A stretch of 64,000 nt of DNA, from positions 5,152,001 to 5,216,000 of the forward strand of contig OZ242010.1 in assembly GCA_965204745.1 (NCBI GenBank), in the 5' to 3' direction. The notes under the pieces are model-generated. The model was not told where the DNA came from. It did not search any database and saw only the letters and a program-made list of their open reading frames with translations. Position numbers and translations under genes: made by a program. Positions 1 through 10,131 of this stretch are shown in pieces. The DNA is from Candidatus Latescibacterota bacterium. GTDB taxonomy: Bacteria; Latescibacterota; UBA2968. Position 1 is the first letter of the stretch. Every line of letters begins with the position of its first letter.

Positions 1-220
1 ACAAGAGGGGAGACGGGAGAGGGAAGACGGGAGAGGGGAGACGGGAGAGGCAGTAGTCAGTTGCCAGTAGTCAGTGGTCAGTCCGCCCCGCCCAACTCCC
101 TTCGGTAAGAGGGAAGACGAGAAATACAAGAGGGAAGACGCAAGAGGGAAGACGCAAGAGGGGAGAGGGGTGGCCTTCTTGCCTCTTGCCTCTTGCCTCT
201 CACCTCTTGCCTCTCACCTT
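1..220. repeat. Degenerate heptamer tandem repeats (GGGAGAC/GCAAGAG/CCTCTTG family)
   Basis: gggagacgggagag..., caagagggaagacg... and ggtggccttcttgcctcttgcctcttgcctctcacc; the same family recurs at ~2712-2836, 15517-15540, 18843-18880, 22827-22864, 24600-24637, 46924-46950, 48241-48260, 51470-51500. Confidence 0.8.
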
Positions 221-344
221 TTTGGGCGATGCTCCCGTGCGCCCGAAGATACAAGAGGTGAGGCAACACCGCCCAACCGCATACCCATCCCAACACCGCC
301 GTGTGCATTGGCGATCAGTAGTCCCTCTCTCCAAGGAAAAAATT

Positions 345-2729
345 ATGCACCTCTATGTGAAAATGCTCGCTCTGAGTTTCTGCTTGGTTCAAGCGGCAGA
401 TGCGGAAACAAATTGGTCGAATTGGGGCGGGCCCAATCGAAATTTTCGGATTGACGACGCAGGCGTTTTTCCAGCCGATCAGCCCTACGCACTGCGGGTC
501 GTTTGGAAAAAGCCGCTCGGTGCGGGATATTCGCCCGTTTCCGTGCGCGGGGATCTGGCAGTGACGATGTTTTCCGACGAAATTTTTGATTACGTCATCG
601 CCTTCAACGCAAGAGACGGATCGGAGCGATGGAAACACGACATCGGCGCCGCGTATTTGGGGCATTACGGCTCGCAAAGCGGCCCCTTGTCAACGCCGGT
701 TTTGACCGAGGATAAAGTCATCGCCCTAGGCCCTCGGGGCAACCTGTTCGCGCTCGATGCAAAGACGGGCGAAAAACTCTGGGCGGTCGATCTCGTTGCG
801 GACTATGGGGCCAAAGCGCCGTTTTGGGGCTTTACCTCATCGCCGATTTTATACGACAATCGCCTGATCGTGCAAACGGGGGGTACGCACGCGATTTCGG
901 CGTTTGACCCCGAATCCGGCGGTTTGATCTGGTCGGCCCTTGCCGATGCGGTCAATTACCAATCCCCGGGCTTGTTCGCGGTTGGCAATCGCAACCACTT
1001 GGTCTTTTTGGGCAACACCTATCTCGCGGGGCTATGGCCCGAAACCGGTGACGTACTCTGGCAATTTGCCCATCGCGGGCATACCGGCGCGGTCAACGCG
1101 AGCGGGCATCCGGTCGCGGTTGGCGAAGGCCGGTATTTTGTGAAGAACGGCGGGATGCTGGTGGGCGTGCGCGCAGATGGCGACATGTTTGCAGTTGGGG
1201 AAATTTGGCGCACGCGCCACATCCGAGGAACGTACATCGACGCGGTTTTTAATAAGGGCCTGCTGTTTGGCTACAACCGCCGCATTCTCACTTGCATCAG
1301 CGCGGACACGGGAGAACGCTTGTGGCAATCGCGCGAACCGGGCGATGGGTTGCCCATTGTCGTGGACGATCATCTCGTCATCATAACAAAAGACGGCAAA
1401 TTGGCGGTGGCACGGGCTTCGGGCGAGGGGTATCGGGAAACCGCTCGGTTGGCACTCTTTGACGATATCGCCTGGTCACACGCCAGCTTTGCCCATGGCG
1501 GGTTTTACGCGCGCAGCATGTCGGAAATCGCCCGCGTTGAGGTCATACCCGGAATCGCAACGGCAAGGGGCAAACCGGATGGGATGATGGCGAACTCGCG
1601 GTTTGCGCGCTTTGTCACAGAGGTCAATCGAGCCACCCATAAGAAAGCGCGGATCGACTCGTTTATGGCGCGGCAAAAGACCTTTCCGATTTTGGAAGGC
1701 GATCAACTCGCGCATTTTGTGTATCGCGGCGACGCGGACGAGGTAAGCGTAACGGGCGATCACACCGGGCGGCGATTCGATCAGCCCATGCGCCGCATTG
1801 AGGGAACAGATTTGTTTTATCACACGGCCCGCCTCGACGCGGACGCCCGCATCACCTATCACTATACGCTCAACTTACAGCGCGTCGTTCCGGACCCGCA
1901 CAATCCGCGACAACTTCGCTCGCTCTTTTTTGGGCGCGCCTCCTGGTTTGGGATGCCGCGCTGGCGGTTTCCCGATCATCTGAAAAAGCGGCGAGATGGG
2001 GTTCGCGGCCAAATCGATTCCCTCGGCTTTGAGAGCGCGGCGATTCCGGACTATCGCAAATTGGAGGTCTATCTGCCTGCGGGGTACGCGGAAGGCGATG
2101 ATCGCCATCCCGTTGTGTACGTCCACGCGGCGCGCCGACAGTGGTCATTGGGGAAAGTGGACGTTTCGCTGGACAATATCCTCGGCGCGAGCGTGCGACC
2201 CGTCATCGTGGTTTTTGTTCCGTCTCTTTTTGGCGGCGGATATTCCGAGTACGTGGGGGAAAAGCGCGATGCTTACCTGCGGGTTTTCACCGATGAGGTC
2301 GTGCCTTATATCGATCAGACGTATCGCACGCTCAAGCACCGCGAAGGCCGGGCAAATATGGGAACCATCTACGGCGGGTTTATGGCTTTTTACGCGACCT
2401 TTAAGCATCCGAAATTGTTTGGCAACCTCGCCATCCAATCCATGTCATGGGATCAGACCGCCGAGGCCAACGACGCCGCGCTGGTCTTTGAGGCGTCATC
2501 CCAATGGCCGATGAAAATTTATTTGGACTGGGGAAAGTACGATTTGCGAAGCCCAATGGAGGGCAATGACTTGGGCGAGAGCACGGCGTCCTTTGCGCGC
2601 CTGCTGCACGCCAAGGGATACGCGTTCACAGGCGGCGAAGTCAACGACGGCGCGGGTTGGGCGAGTTGGCGAAACCGCACAGACGAGGTGTTTGAGGCAC
2701 TCTTTCCTTCGGTGAGACGTAAGAGGTGA
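345..2729 (+). CDS. Secreted PQQ-like beta-propeller + CBM48/Ig-like + Fes-type alpha/beta-hydrolase-fold fusion (catalytic residues apparently lost)
   Basis: ATG at 345 after AAGGA; signal peptide; NWSNWGGP and repeated 'DAKTGEKLW'-type PQQ blades; C-terminal 'EVYLPAGY...HPVVYV...EVVPYID' esterase-like region. Confidence 0.75.
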   Translation: MHLYVKMLALSFCLVQAADAETNWSNWGGPNRNFRIDDAGVFPADQPYALRVVWKKPLGAGYSPVSVRGDLAVTMFSDEIFDYVIAFNARDGSERWKHDIGAAYLGHYGSQSGPLSTPVLTEDKVIALGPRGNLFALDAKTGEKLWAVDLVADYGAKAPFWGFTSSPILYDNRLIVQTGGTHAISAFDPESGGLIWSALADAVNYQSPGLFAVGNRNHLVFLGNTYLAGLWPETGDVLWQFAHRGHTGAVNASGHPVAVGEGRYFVKNGGMLVGVRADGDMFAVGEIWRTRHIRGTYIDAVFNKGLLFGYNRRILTCISADTGERLWQSREPGDGLPIVVDDHLVIITKDGKLAVARASGEGYRETARLALFDDIAWSHASFAHGGFYARSMSEIARVEVIPGIATARGKPDGMMANSRFARFVTEVNRATHKKARIDSFMARQKTFPILEGDQLAHFVYRGDADEVSVTGDHTGRRFDQPMRRIEGTDLFYHTARLDADARITYHYTLNLQRVVPDPHNPRQLRSLFFGRASWFGMPRWRFPDHLKKRRDGVRGQIDSLGFESAAIPDYRKLEVYLPAGYAEGDDRHPVVYVHAARRQWSLGKVDVSLDNILGASVRPVIVVFVPSLFGGGYSEYVGEKRDAYLRVFTDEVVPYIDQTYRTLKHREGRANMGTIYGGFMAFYATFKHPKLFGNLAIQSMSWDQTAEANDAALVFEASSQWPMKIYLDWGKYDLRSPMEGNDLGESTASFARLLHAKGYAFTGGEVNDGAGWASWRNRTDEVFEALFPSVRRKR

Positions 2730-2836
2730 GACGTGAGAGGGGAGAGGCAAGAGGTGAGACGTAAGAGGTGAGACGTAAGAGGTGAGACGTAAGAGGTGAG
2801 ACGTGAGACGTGAGACGTGAGACGTAAGAGGTGAGT
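2712..2836. repeat. Tandem heptamer array (GTGAGAC/GTAAGAG)n between convergent genes
   Basis: gtgagacgtaagaggtgagacgtgagag... repeated directly in the sequence. Confidence 0.9.
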
Positions 2837-2989
2837 TTAGCCACGACTGGCGACAGCCTGTTCAAAGGCGAGCAGTTCGCCCAAAGATACAAGGTCAGTC
2901 ACCACCTATCTGCCCCGAAGATCGAAAAAACAAAAAAGCGGAGAAATCTACGATTAGATTTCTCCGCTCTCTTTTTGTGTATTTGGTCG

Positions 2990-3307
2990 TTATTGCAAGT
3001 AGTGGCTCACCGGGATGCCGAGCCAGCCGCGGCTGACGTAATCGGCCATCGCAAAGGCAAAGAGAATCAGCAAAAACAAGATGCCCGCGCCTGCGAGCAA
3101 CCAAGTCAAGCGGCTGGCGTATTTGACGTGCATAAAAAACAGAATCACAATCGTGGCTTTGGTGCAGGCAATGCCCAGCGCGACCACGTCGTTGAACAGC
3201 CCCAAATCTCTGAAAGCCACCCAAACGGTCAAGCCCGTCAAAAACATCAGGGCAACGAACACCGCGAGATAAACGCGAACCGTGGGCCCGTGGTGATGAT
3301 CAGCCAT
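2990..3307 (-). CDS. ctaF: Cytochrome c oxidase subunit IV (caa3-type)
   Basis: Start MADHHH overlaps the subunit III stop; three TM helices; 'KATIVILFFMHVKY' COX4_pro motif. Confidence 0.85.
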   Translation of the reverse strand: MADHHHGPTVRVYLAVFVALMFLTGLTVWVAFRDLGLFNDVVALGIACTKATIVILFFMHVKYASRLTWLLAGAGILFLLILFAFAMADYVSRGWLGIPVSHYLQ

Positions 3308-3978
3308 CAGTGTCCTCCCTGTGTGCCCAGAAGGTAGAGCAGTGGAAACAGGAAAATCCAGACGATATCGACAAAGTGCCAATACAGGCCAAAAATTTCT
3401 ATGGGGGCATTGTACTCGGCTGTGTACGTCCCCTGTGCGGTTTTGACAAATACCCAAATCAGCAGACCGATGCCCACGACCATGTGCAGCGCGTGCATGC
3501 CGGTCATCCCGAAATACAGGGAAAAGAAAAGCGCGAGTTGCGGCGAATAGTCGCCGTGCGGATGCCAGACCAAGCCGGGCACCAAGCCGTGCTCGACCTT
3601 TGAGGCATACTCGAAATATTTGATCACCAAAAACGTCAGCCCCAAAATCCCGGTCAAAGTCAGATAGAACAGAATCCGATTTTTACGCCCCTGGTGCGAT
3701 TCGTGAACGGCCATCGCCATCGTCAAGCTGCTGATGATCAACACCGCCGTATTGATCCCCCCGAGCAAAATATCGAGATGGCTACTGCCTTCAAAAAACG
3801 CATAGGGATAGTGCGAGCGATAGATCAAATACGTGGCAAAAAAGCCGCCGAAAAACAGAATTTCCGTAATCAGAAAACTCCACATGCCGATCACAGCGGA
3901 TTCCTTTTGTTGCGGCATGTCTTCAAACTGGTGCGCCAGCCCGTGTGGGTGATCGCGATGTGTTGCGTGCTCGGCCAT
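3307..3978 (-). CDS. ctaE: Cytochrome c oxidase subunit III
   Basis: '[15 protein letters not shown]', 'GMHALHM', '[19 protein letters not shown]'. Confidence 0.95.
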   Translation of the reverse strand: MAEHATHRDHPHGLAHQFEDMPQQKESAVIGMWSFLITEILFFGGFFATYLIYRSHYPYAFFEGSSHLDILLGGINTAVLIISSLTMAMAVHESHQGRKNRILFYLTLTGILGLTFLVIKYFEYASKVEHGLVPGLVWHPHGDYSPQLALFFSLYFGMTGMHALHMVVGIGLLIWVFVKTAQGTYTAEYNAPIEIFGLYWHFVDIVWIFLFPLLYLLGTQGGH

Positions 3979-5618
3979 TAGTGCTCCTCAATTGGTCCGT
4001 ACTGATAGGCTTCTTCGGTCACGACGGGCGTTTCGTCAAAATTAAACGTGGGCGGCGGCGAAGTCGTTTCCCATTCCAAGCCCTTGGCGCCCCAGGGATT
4101 ATCGGGTGCTTGTGGCCCCTTGAAGATCGACCACGTCAAATACGCGCCGGGAATCAAATACCCCAGGGCCAAAATCGAAGCCCCCAGCGACGATGCCACA
4201 TTCAGAACCTGAAATTCGTCGGGATAGACGTGATAGCGCCTAGGCATGCCCAGGTACCCCAAAATAAACTGCGGGAAAAACGTCAGGTTAAACCCGAGGA
4301 ACACCAGCAGGGCCGACACGCGGCCCCAAATATCGGGATACATCTTGCCCGTAATTTTCGGCCACCAAAAATGCATGCCTCCCAAATACCCCATCACCTG
4401 CCCGCCGACCATGATATAGTGGAAGTGCGCCACCACAAAATACGTATCGTGCAAGTGGATATCCAAGCCCATGCTCGACAAAAACAGCCCGGTCAAGCCG
4501 CCCACCAAAAACAGGCCCAGATACCCGTACACGTAAAACATCGGCGTGTCATAGACAATAGACCCCTTGTATAGGGTCGCGGTCCAGTTGAACGTTTTGA
4601 TCGCAGAAGGCACGGCCACCAAAAATGTAATGACGGAAAACACCATCCCAGCGTACGTGGATTGGCTGCTCACAAACATGTGGTGGCCCCACACCAGAAA
4701 GCCCAAAATGGCGATTGCCACGCTCGAAAACGCGACGAACTCGTAGCCAAAAACGCGCTTGCGCGCAACGCACGCCACCATCTCGCTCATCACGCCCATC
4801 GAGGGCAAAATCATGATGTACACGGCCGGATGCGAATAGAACCAGAACAAATGCTGGAACAACACCGGATCCCCGCCCAGGTTGGGATCGAAAAACCCAA
4901 AGCCAAACCCGCGCTCGAGCATCAGCAACACCAGCGTAATCGCGATCACCGGCGTGCCCAACAGCATGATCAAACTGGTGGCATAATGCGACCACACGAA
5001 CAGGGGCAAGCGGAACCACGTCATCCCGGGCGCGCGCATGGTGTGGATCGTCACCACAAAATTAAGCCCGGTCAGGATGGACGAGAAACCCGCGAGAAAT
5101 GCCGCCATCGCGGCCAGGATCACATTGGAGTTGGAATAGGTGCTACTATACGGGGTGTAAAACGTCCAACCCGTGTCCACGCCCCCGCCGACCACGGCTA
5201 TCGTGCCCAAAATACCGGCGCCGACATAGACGTACCAACTCAAGAGATTGACGCGCGGAAACGCGAGGTCTTTCGCGCCGACCATAATGGGCACCAAAAA
5301 GTTGCCGAGGGTCGCGGGAATGGAGGGCACCAAAAAGAAAAAGACCATGATGATGCCGTGCATGGAAAACACCTTGTTGTACGTATCCGAAGACATCAAA
5401 TCGCCTTCGGGGGTCATCAGTTCAAAGCGCACCAAACTGGCAAACAACCCGCCGAGGGCGAAAAAGATGGAAATGGAAATGATGTACAACACCGCGATGC
5501 GCTTGTGATCCTTGGTCAGCAACCACGACGTCAGCCCATAGCCGTTGTTCAGATAATTGACGCGCGGCGCGCCTGGCGCGTCTTCTGAGGTGCGAATGTC
5601 TCGTTCCAAAATTGCCAT
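3978..5618 (-). CDS. ctaD: Cytochrome c oxidase subunit I (heme-copper oxidase, type A2)
   Basis: 'TGWTFYTP', '[10 protein letters not shown]' (YS motif of A2), 'WGHHMF', 'VVAHFHY', 'GMPRRY'. Confidence 0.97.
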   Translation of the reverse strand: MAILERDIRTSEDAPGAPRVNYLNNGYGLTSWLLTKDHKRIAVLYIISISIFFALGGLFASLVRFELMTPEGDLMSSDTYNKVFSMHGIIMVFFFLVPSIPATLGNFLVPIMVGAKDLAFPRVNLLSWYVYVGAGILGTIAVVGGGVDTGWTFYTPYSSTYSNSNVILAAMAAFLAGFSSILTGLNFVVTIHTMRAPGMTWFRLPLFVWSHYATSLIMLLGTPVIAITLVLLMLERGFGFGFFDPNLGGDPVLFQHLFWFYSHPAVYIMILPSMGVMSEMVACVARKRVFGYEFVAFSSVAIAILGFLVWGHHMFVSSQSTYAGMVFSVITFLVAVPSAIKTFNWTATLYKGSIVYDTPMFYVYGYLGLFLVGGLTGLFLSSMGLDIHLHDTYFVVAHFHYIMVGGQVMGYLGGMHFWWPKITGKMYPDIWGRVSALLVFLGFNLTFFPQFILGYLGMPRRYHVYPDEFQVLNVASSLGASILALGYLIPGAYLTWSIFKGPQAPDNPWGAKGLEWETTSPPPTFNFDETPVVTEEAYQYGPIEEH

Positions 5619-5624
5619 AGCGCA

Positions 5625-6575
5625 TTACTCCAGATTCGTGAGTTCAGGGGCTTTCAGGGATTTGATATAGGCGATCAACTGGATGATGCCCTCTTCGCTG
5701 ATCTGACCCTTAAACGTCGGCATAATGGGTTTGTAGCCGGCCATCACTTTGTCCGCGGGGTTCAAAATGGATTCTCGGATATAGGCTTCGTCCACCAAAG
5801 CCGTGCCGCCGCCTTCCAATGCCACGGTTTTGCCAAACAGCCCGGCCAGCGATGGCCCGCGACCGGACCCGTCCGTCTTGTGGCAGGTGTGGCACGCGTA
5901 CTGTTCAAACAATCTTTCCCCGGCCACTTCCATCGGTTCGTTTGCCGTTCCCCCGGTCAACCAGGCTTCGTAATCCTGCGGTTCCAAAACGTGAACCGTG
6001 CCGATCATCCGCGAATGCTCTGTGCCGCAAAACTCCGCGCAGAACAGATGGTACGACCCGACCTGCGTGGGCTTAAACCACAAATTGGTATATCGCCCGG
6101 GCACCACGTCTTTCTTCACGCGAAACGCGGGGATGTAAAAACTGTGCAACACGTCTTCCGAGGTCATCGTCAAGCGCACGGATTCGCCGAGTGGCACATG
6201 CAACTCGTTGATCTCCTTTTTGCCTTCCGGGTGCTGCAATTTCCACATCCACTGCTTGCCCACCACGTACATTTCCAGCGCGTTTGCCGGGGGCGTAATC
6301 AGGTGGAAGTACACGACCGTGGCCCACGCGAACACCCCGAGCGCGAGCACGAGCGGAATCGCGGTCCAAAAGATCTCCAAGCCGAGATGCCCGGCGATTT
6401 GCCGCGGCACTTCGTCGTCGGATTTGCGCTGGTACTTGATCGCAAAGACGACCACCAAGATAACGACCAAGAGCGCGAAAAACACGCACAGGGCCAGAAT
6501 GCCAAAATAAAGCGCGTCAACGTGAAAGGCAAAACTCGATGCGCTATCTGGAAAGAGGGGAAAATCGGTCTGCAT
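5625..6575 (-). CDS. ctaC: Cytochrome c oxidase subunit II with C-terminal cytochrome c domain (caa3)
   Basis: CuA motif 'DVLHSF...CAEFCGTEHSRM'; CxxCH 'CHTCH'. Confidence 0.95.
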   Translation of the reverse strand: MQTDFPLFPDSASSFAFHVDALYFGILALCVFFALLVVILVVVFAIKYQRKSDDEVPRQIAGHLGLEIFWTAIPLVLALGVFAWATVVYFHLITPPANALEMYVVGKQWMWKLQHPEGKKEINELHVPLGESVRLTMTSEDVLHSFYIPAFRVKKDVVPGRYTNLWFKPTQVGSYHLFCAEFCGTEHSRMIGTVHVLEPQDYEAWLTGGTANEPMEVAGERLFEQYACHTCHKTDGSGRGPSLAGLFGKTVALEGGGTALVDEAYIRESILNPADKVMAGYKPIMPTFKGQISEEGIIQLIAYIKSLKAPELTNLE

Positions 6576-6616
6576 GCGCCAACCCAAGCGGTTAGAGGTC
6601 TGGTGGATGGATCAAA

Positions 6617-7411
6617 TCAACGCGCTTGCAACGGCGACCGCTCGCGGCGCACCATCGCAAAAACAAACGCCAAAATACAAATCACAGTGATCGCGCCGGC
6701 AATGCGAACCAGCCGATAAATCGCCAGCGTGTATTTTCCAGTTAGGGGATTGTACTGAAAACAATAGAGCAAAACCGCATCTATCGGGGAACTGATCTCG
6801 TCTCGCGTGGCTTCCAGAAGCCCCAGTTGCAAATCGCGCGGTGCAAATTCGACCCCAAACAAGTAGCGCGCAATTTTTCCACGGGGCGTCAAAATCGCGA
6901 TGGTGCTGGCGTGGATGTATTCATCGGTTTCGGGATCGTACAAATAGCGATACCCCATCGCGTGCGTCAAGGCGTGGATAGATGCGCGGTCGCCGGTGAG
7001 AAAATGCCAGCCTTCAGCTCCGCCTTCTCGGCCATAGCCCTCGACATAAGTCACCTTCTTCGCCGCTGCCAATGCCGGTGATTCCTCGGGGTCGATGCTG
7101 ACGATTACCACCAAAAAATCCGATCCCGCAGCGAGAGACAAGGGCCGCAACCCGGACAACAAGCCATTCAAGATCTGGGTACACAACATCGGGCATTCGT
7201 AATACGCGGGGACCAAAATAACCGGTTTATCGCGCAAGTACCGCGCCAGCGCGACCTCGCTGCCCTGCTCGTTGCGAAACGCCAAATTGACCGGCACAGC
7301 CGCGCCCAACTTTTGATCGACGCCAACCGAATCGAGCACCGTGGGCTTGGGCGTGAGGTCTTGCCCGTGGGCGACGGCGATCAACGTCATCCATGCCAAT
7401 AAAACGCGCAT
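6617..7411 (-). CDS. SCO1/SenC family copper chaperone
   Basis: 'YYECPMLC' CxxxC, 'SIDPEE', 'YIHAS'; position in the ACIII-cox operon. Confidence 0.9.
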   Translation of the reverse strand: MRVLLAWMTLIAVAHGQDLTPKPTVLDSVGVDQKLGAAVPVNLAFRNEQGSEVALARYLRDKPVILVPAYYECPMLCTQILNGLLSGLRPLSLAAGSDFLVVIVSIDPEESPALAAAKKVTYVEGYGREGGAEGWHFLTGDRASIHALTHAMGYRYLYDPETDEYIHASTIAILTPRGKIARYLFGVEFAPRDLQLGLLEATRDEISSPIDAVLLYCFQYNPLTGKYTLAIYRLVRIAGAITVICILAFVFAMVRRERSPLQAR

Positions 7412-7414
7412 GCC

Positions 7415-7792
7415 TTACTCCCGCGCGGGCAACCCGCGCTCGAGCGTGAGATCCATCGCCCTCTCGATGGGAATGTGCACCACGCCCGCGTCTCTATCTA
7501 CCCAACCGTATTCGGATAGGGTGCGCTGTGTTTCGGCGCGCACCTGCGCCAACTCGGCAGGCGGTACGGTTTGAATCAACGGGCCGCGATGGGGTTCTTG
7601 GTGGGCAGCCATCGGCGGCGGGTCGTCCGACAGATAAATCGAAGCCTGTTCCAGGGCGTGAAACATCGCCCACATCGCGATAAAAGACAGGATGGCGACC
7701 GCGACAATCGCCGCTGTGGCGATGAGCACCGGCCCAATTTTGAGGTGATAGTCTTCGTAGCCCTTTTCCCGGGCATCGTGAATTTCCGCCAT
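7415..7792 (-). CDS. Small single-TM protein, ActG-like ACIII accessory subunit
   Basis: One TM helix, 'YGWVDRDAGVVHIPIERAM'; lies between actF and SCO as in other ACIII-cox operons. Confidence 0.7.
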   Translation of the reverse strand: MAEIHDAREKGYEDYHLKIGPVLIATAAIVAVAILSFIAMWAMFHALEQASIYLSDDPPPMAAHQEPHRGPLIQTVPPAELAQVRAETQRTLSEYGWVDRDAGVVHIPIERAMDLTLERGLPARE

Positions 7793-7793
7793 A

Positions 7794-8984
7794 TCAGTGA
7801 CCTTCTCCGGCAAAGGTTTCCGCCATGCGCGGGTCGTGCAAGGGCATGAGGGGCACGCCCCTCAGTTGCATGGAGAAAAACGCCAACCACAGCCCGCCGA
7901 TTCCAACGAGGGCCGACAAGTCCAACCAATGGGGATGCAATCCGCCAGAACCGCCGTGCCCAAAAGCGGGGGCGATGAAATAGTACAGATCGACATAGCG
8001 CATCAGCAGCATAAAAACCGCGATCAGTAGCATCAGCGCGGCGCGGCGTTTGATCGCCCGCTGCAACAGCAAGAAGAAGGGCACAAAAAAGTGGAAGAGA
8101 ATCAACGCCGTGCCCACGTATTGCCATCCGCCGTGCGACCGCCGAATGTACCATGGCGCTTCTTCGGCCAAGTTGCCGGACCACGTAATCAAAAATTGCG
8201 AGAAGCTGACATACGCCCACAAGCACGTAAACGCAAACATCAACGTGCCCAAGTCGCTCAAATACTTAAAGGCGTCGACGTTTCGATAGACCTCGACATC
8301 CCGCAATTTAATCACCCACAAGATGCACAATGCCAACGCGCCCAACGCGCCGCCCACCACAAAAATCAAGCCGTAAATCGTGGAAAACCAGTGCGGCTCC
8401 AAAGACATGACCCAATCGGTCGACGCAAAGGTCACCGTTAAAATAAACATGGGAATGCCCGGCCCGCTCATGTTGATCATCCGGCTTTTCAGCCCTGGAT
8501 CCCCGGTTTCATCTTGCTGGCGCGACCACTTCGTCAGCAAAAACATCCACAGCAGCCAGAGGGCGAAATAAACCACTGCGCGCACGTAAAACCCGGCCTC
8601 GTTCAAATACGGCGCCTTAAAGGTCAAAATGGGATCTTTGGCGACGACCTCGGCGTGCGTCCATTCGTACAAATGGTGCATGCCAAAGAACGCGATGGGA
8701 ATGAACAAAACCGCCATGAGCCACAGGGTGCGCGCGCCCGACTCCAACAGCCGCCGGATCACGAACCCCCACCGCCCGCTGACCAAGTGGTGCAACATCA
8801 ACAAGCCCAAACAGCCCAGGGAAATGACCAACCAGTACATATAGCCCACGAGATACGATTGGAAAAACTGTTGCGGATTGGCAAACGCGCCGATGCCAGA
8901 CAAAACCGCGGCGGCCGCGCCGATCAACAGGCCCCGTTGTTGAATGTGATTGACAAATGGATGGTCAAAGGATTGGGTAGCCAT
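7794..8984 (-). CDS. actF: Alternative complex III subunit ActF
   Basis: Polytopic; 'DWVMSLEPHWFSTIYG', 'WAYVSFSQFLITWSGNL.EE..WY'. Confidence 0.9.
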   Translation of the reverse strand: MATQSFDHPFVNHIQQRGLLIGAAAAVLSGIGAFANPQQFFQSYLVGYMYWLVISLGCLGLLMLHHLVSGRWGFVIRRLLESGARTLWLMAVLFIPIAFFGMHHLYEWTHAEVVAKDPILTFKAPYLNEAGFYVRAVVYFALWLLWMFLLTKWSRQQDETGDPGLKSRMINMSGPGIPMFILTVTFASTDWVMSLEPHWFSTIYGLIFVVGGALGALALCILWVIKLRDVEVYRNVDAFKYLSDLGTLMFAFTCLWAYVSFSQFLITWSGNLAEEAPWYIRRSHGGWQYVGTALILFHFFVPFFLLLQRAIKRRAALMLLIAVFMLLMRYVDLYYFIAPAFGHGGSGGLHPHWLDLSALVGIGGLWLAFFSMQLRGVPLMPLHDPRMAETFAGEGH

Positions 8985-8990
8985 AATTTT

Positions 8991-9605
8991 CTACTCGTTT
9001 TCGAGGCGGTCGCGCACATCCGCGGGAACATCGTCTAGCGTGGCGTTTTGACTCAGTTGCAAGGCCCGGATATAGGCCGCAATGGCCCAGCGGTCGCGCG
9101 CTTTGACGCGAGACGCATAGCTATACATCGCGCCGAAGCCATTGGTCATCACGTCAAAAAAGTACCCCGGCGTCTCGTTTTGCAGGCGTTCGATGTGGTA
9201 GGACGGGGGTTGTTTCATGCCGCGCCGCACCACCATCCCGCGCCCATCCCCCTGTTGCCCGTGGCAAGGCGTGCAGTAAATAGTGTAGCGTTCTCGGCCG
9301 CGCTGGAGCACCTCGCGCGTAATGGGAAACGGAAAGGTCTCGGCCGGTTGGCCGTTCACCATGCCCGTGTAGAGATGCGCGTCTGTACGCAACTGCCCGC
9401 GTGCGACCGTGCCCTTGATCCAGGGGCGAGAGGACCGCTGATCCGCGAAAAAGGCGTTCTTCTCTAGGGGTTCAAACCGCGACTGGTTGTACATTTCCTG
9501 CCGCAGACGCTCGATATCTGTCGTGCCTTCGCAGCCGAGCAGCAGGCATAGCGCCAGTGTTGCGAGTGTGGATCGACCGATGTGAATTTTACGGTTCGAC
9601 ATCAT
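8991..9605 (-). CDS. actE: Alternative complex III monoheme cytochrome c lipoprotein ActE
   Basis: Lipobox-like LLLGC; CTPCH; 'GFGAMYSYA...DRWAIAAYIRALQ'. Confidence 0.9.
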   Translation of the reverse strand: MMSNRKIHIGRSTLATLALCLLLGCEGTTDIERLRQEMYNQSRFEPLEKNAFFADQRSSRPWIKGTVARGQLRTDAHLYTGMVNGQPAETFPFPITREVLQRGRERYTIYCTPCHGQQGDGRGMVVRRGMKQPPSYHIERLQNETPGYFFDVMTNGFGAMYSYASRVKARDRWAIAAYIRALQLSQNATLDDVPADVRDRLENE

Positions 9606-10119
9606 CTACCTTTTTTGCGTTGAGCCCTTCGAGAAATTCGCGGGTCTTGGAAACGTCAAATTGCGGGTCTTCGGCTTCGATGCACAAAAAGAACCCATCG
9701 CCAGAAGCGCGTTCAAAATTGGGCACATTGAAAACCGGATGGTAGGGCCGCGGCAAGCCATTGAGGATGAGCATGCCGATCAACGCGCCAAAAGCGGAAA
9801 ACAACACGCCGAGTTCAAAGGTCACGGGAATAAAAGACGGCCAACTCAACAGGGGCCGCCCGCCCACGTTGAGCGGATAGTCAATCGCGGAAACCCAGTA
9901 CTGAAGCCCAAACCCGGAACACGCGCCGATCAACGCGCAAATCAACACAATCGCGGGCACGCGATGCTTGTCATAGCCCAGGGATTCCGACAAGTCGTGG
10001 ATGGGCATCGGGGAATACGCATCCATCTTGCGATACCCGGCGCGATACGCGCCTTTCGCGGCTTTGAGCAAGTCGTCAGGCCCATCAAATTCGGCCAACA
10101 GACCGTATAAATCAGCCAT
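9589..10119 (-). CDS. actD: Alternative complex III subunit ActD (DUF3341)
   Basis: 'DAYSPMPIH', 'DYPLNVGGRP', 'FIPVTFELGVL'. Confidence 0.92.
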   Translation of the reverse strand: MADLYGLLAEFDGPDDLLKAAKGAYRAGYRKMDAYSPMPIHDLSESLGYDKHRVPAIVLICALIGACSGFGLQYWVSAIDYPLNVGGRPLLSWPSFIPVTFELGVLFSAFGALIGMLILNGLPRPYHPVFNVPNFERASGDGFFLCIEAEDPQFDVSKTREFLEGLNAKKVDDVEP

Positions 10120-10131
10120 AATCACACCCGA

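Noticed and set aside
186-344. Long N-terminal extensions in the ORF track (also starts at 22804, 28061, 36212, 48049, 51282)
   Set aside because: They translate intergenic repeats or non-coding ends; downstream starts have an RBS or family-typical N-termini.
2712-2836. CRISPR array or coding repeat (ORFs 2496-2750, 2641-2892)
   Set aside because: Simple heptamer tandem repeat; the ORFs are low-complexity translations of it.
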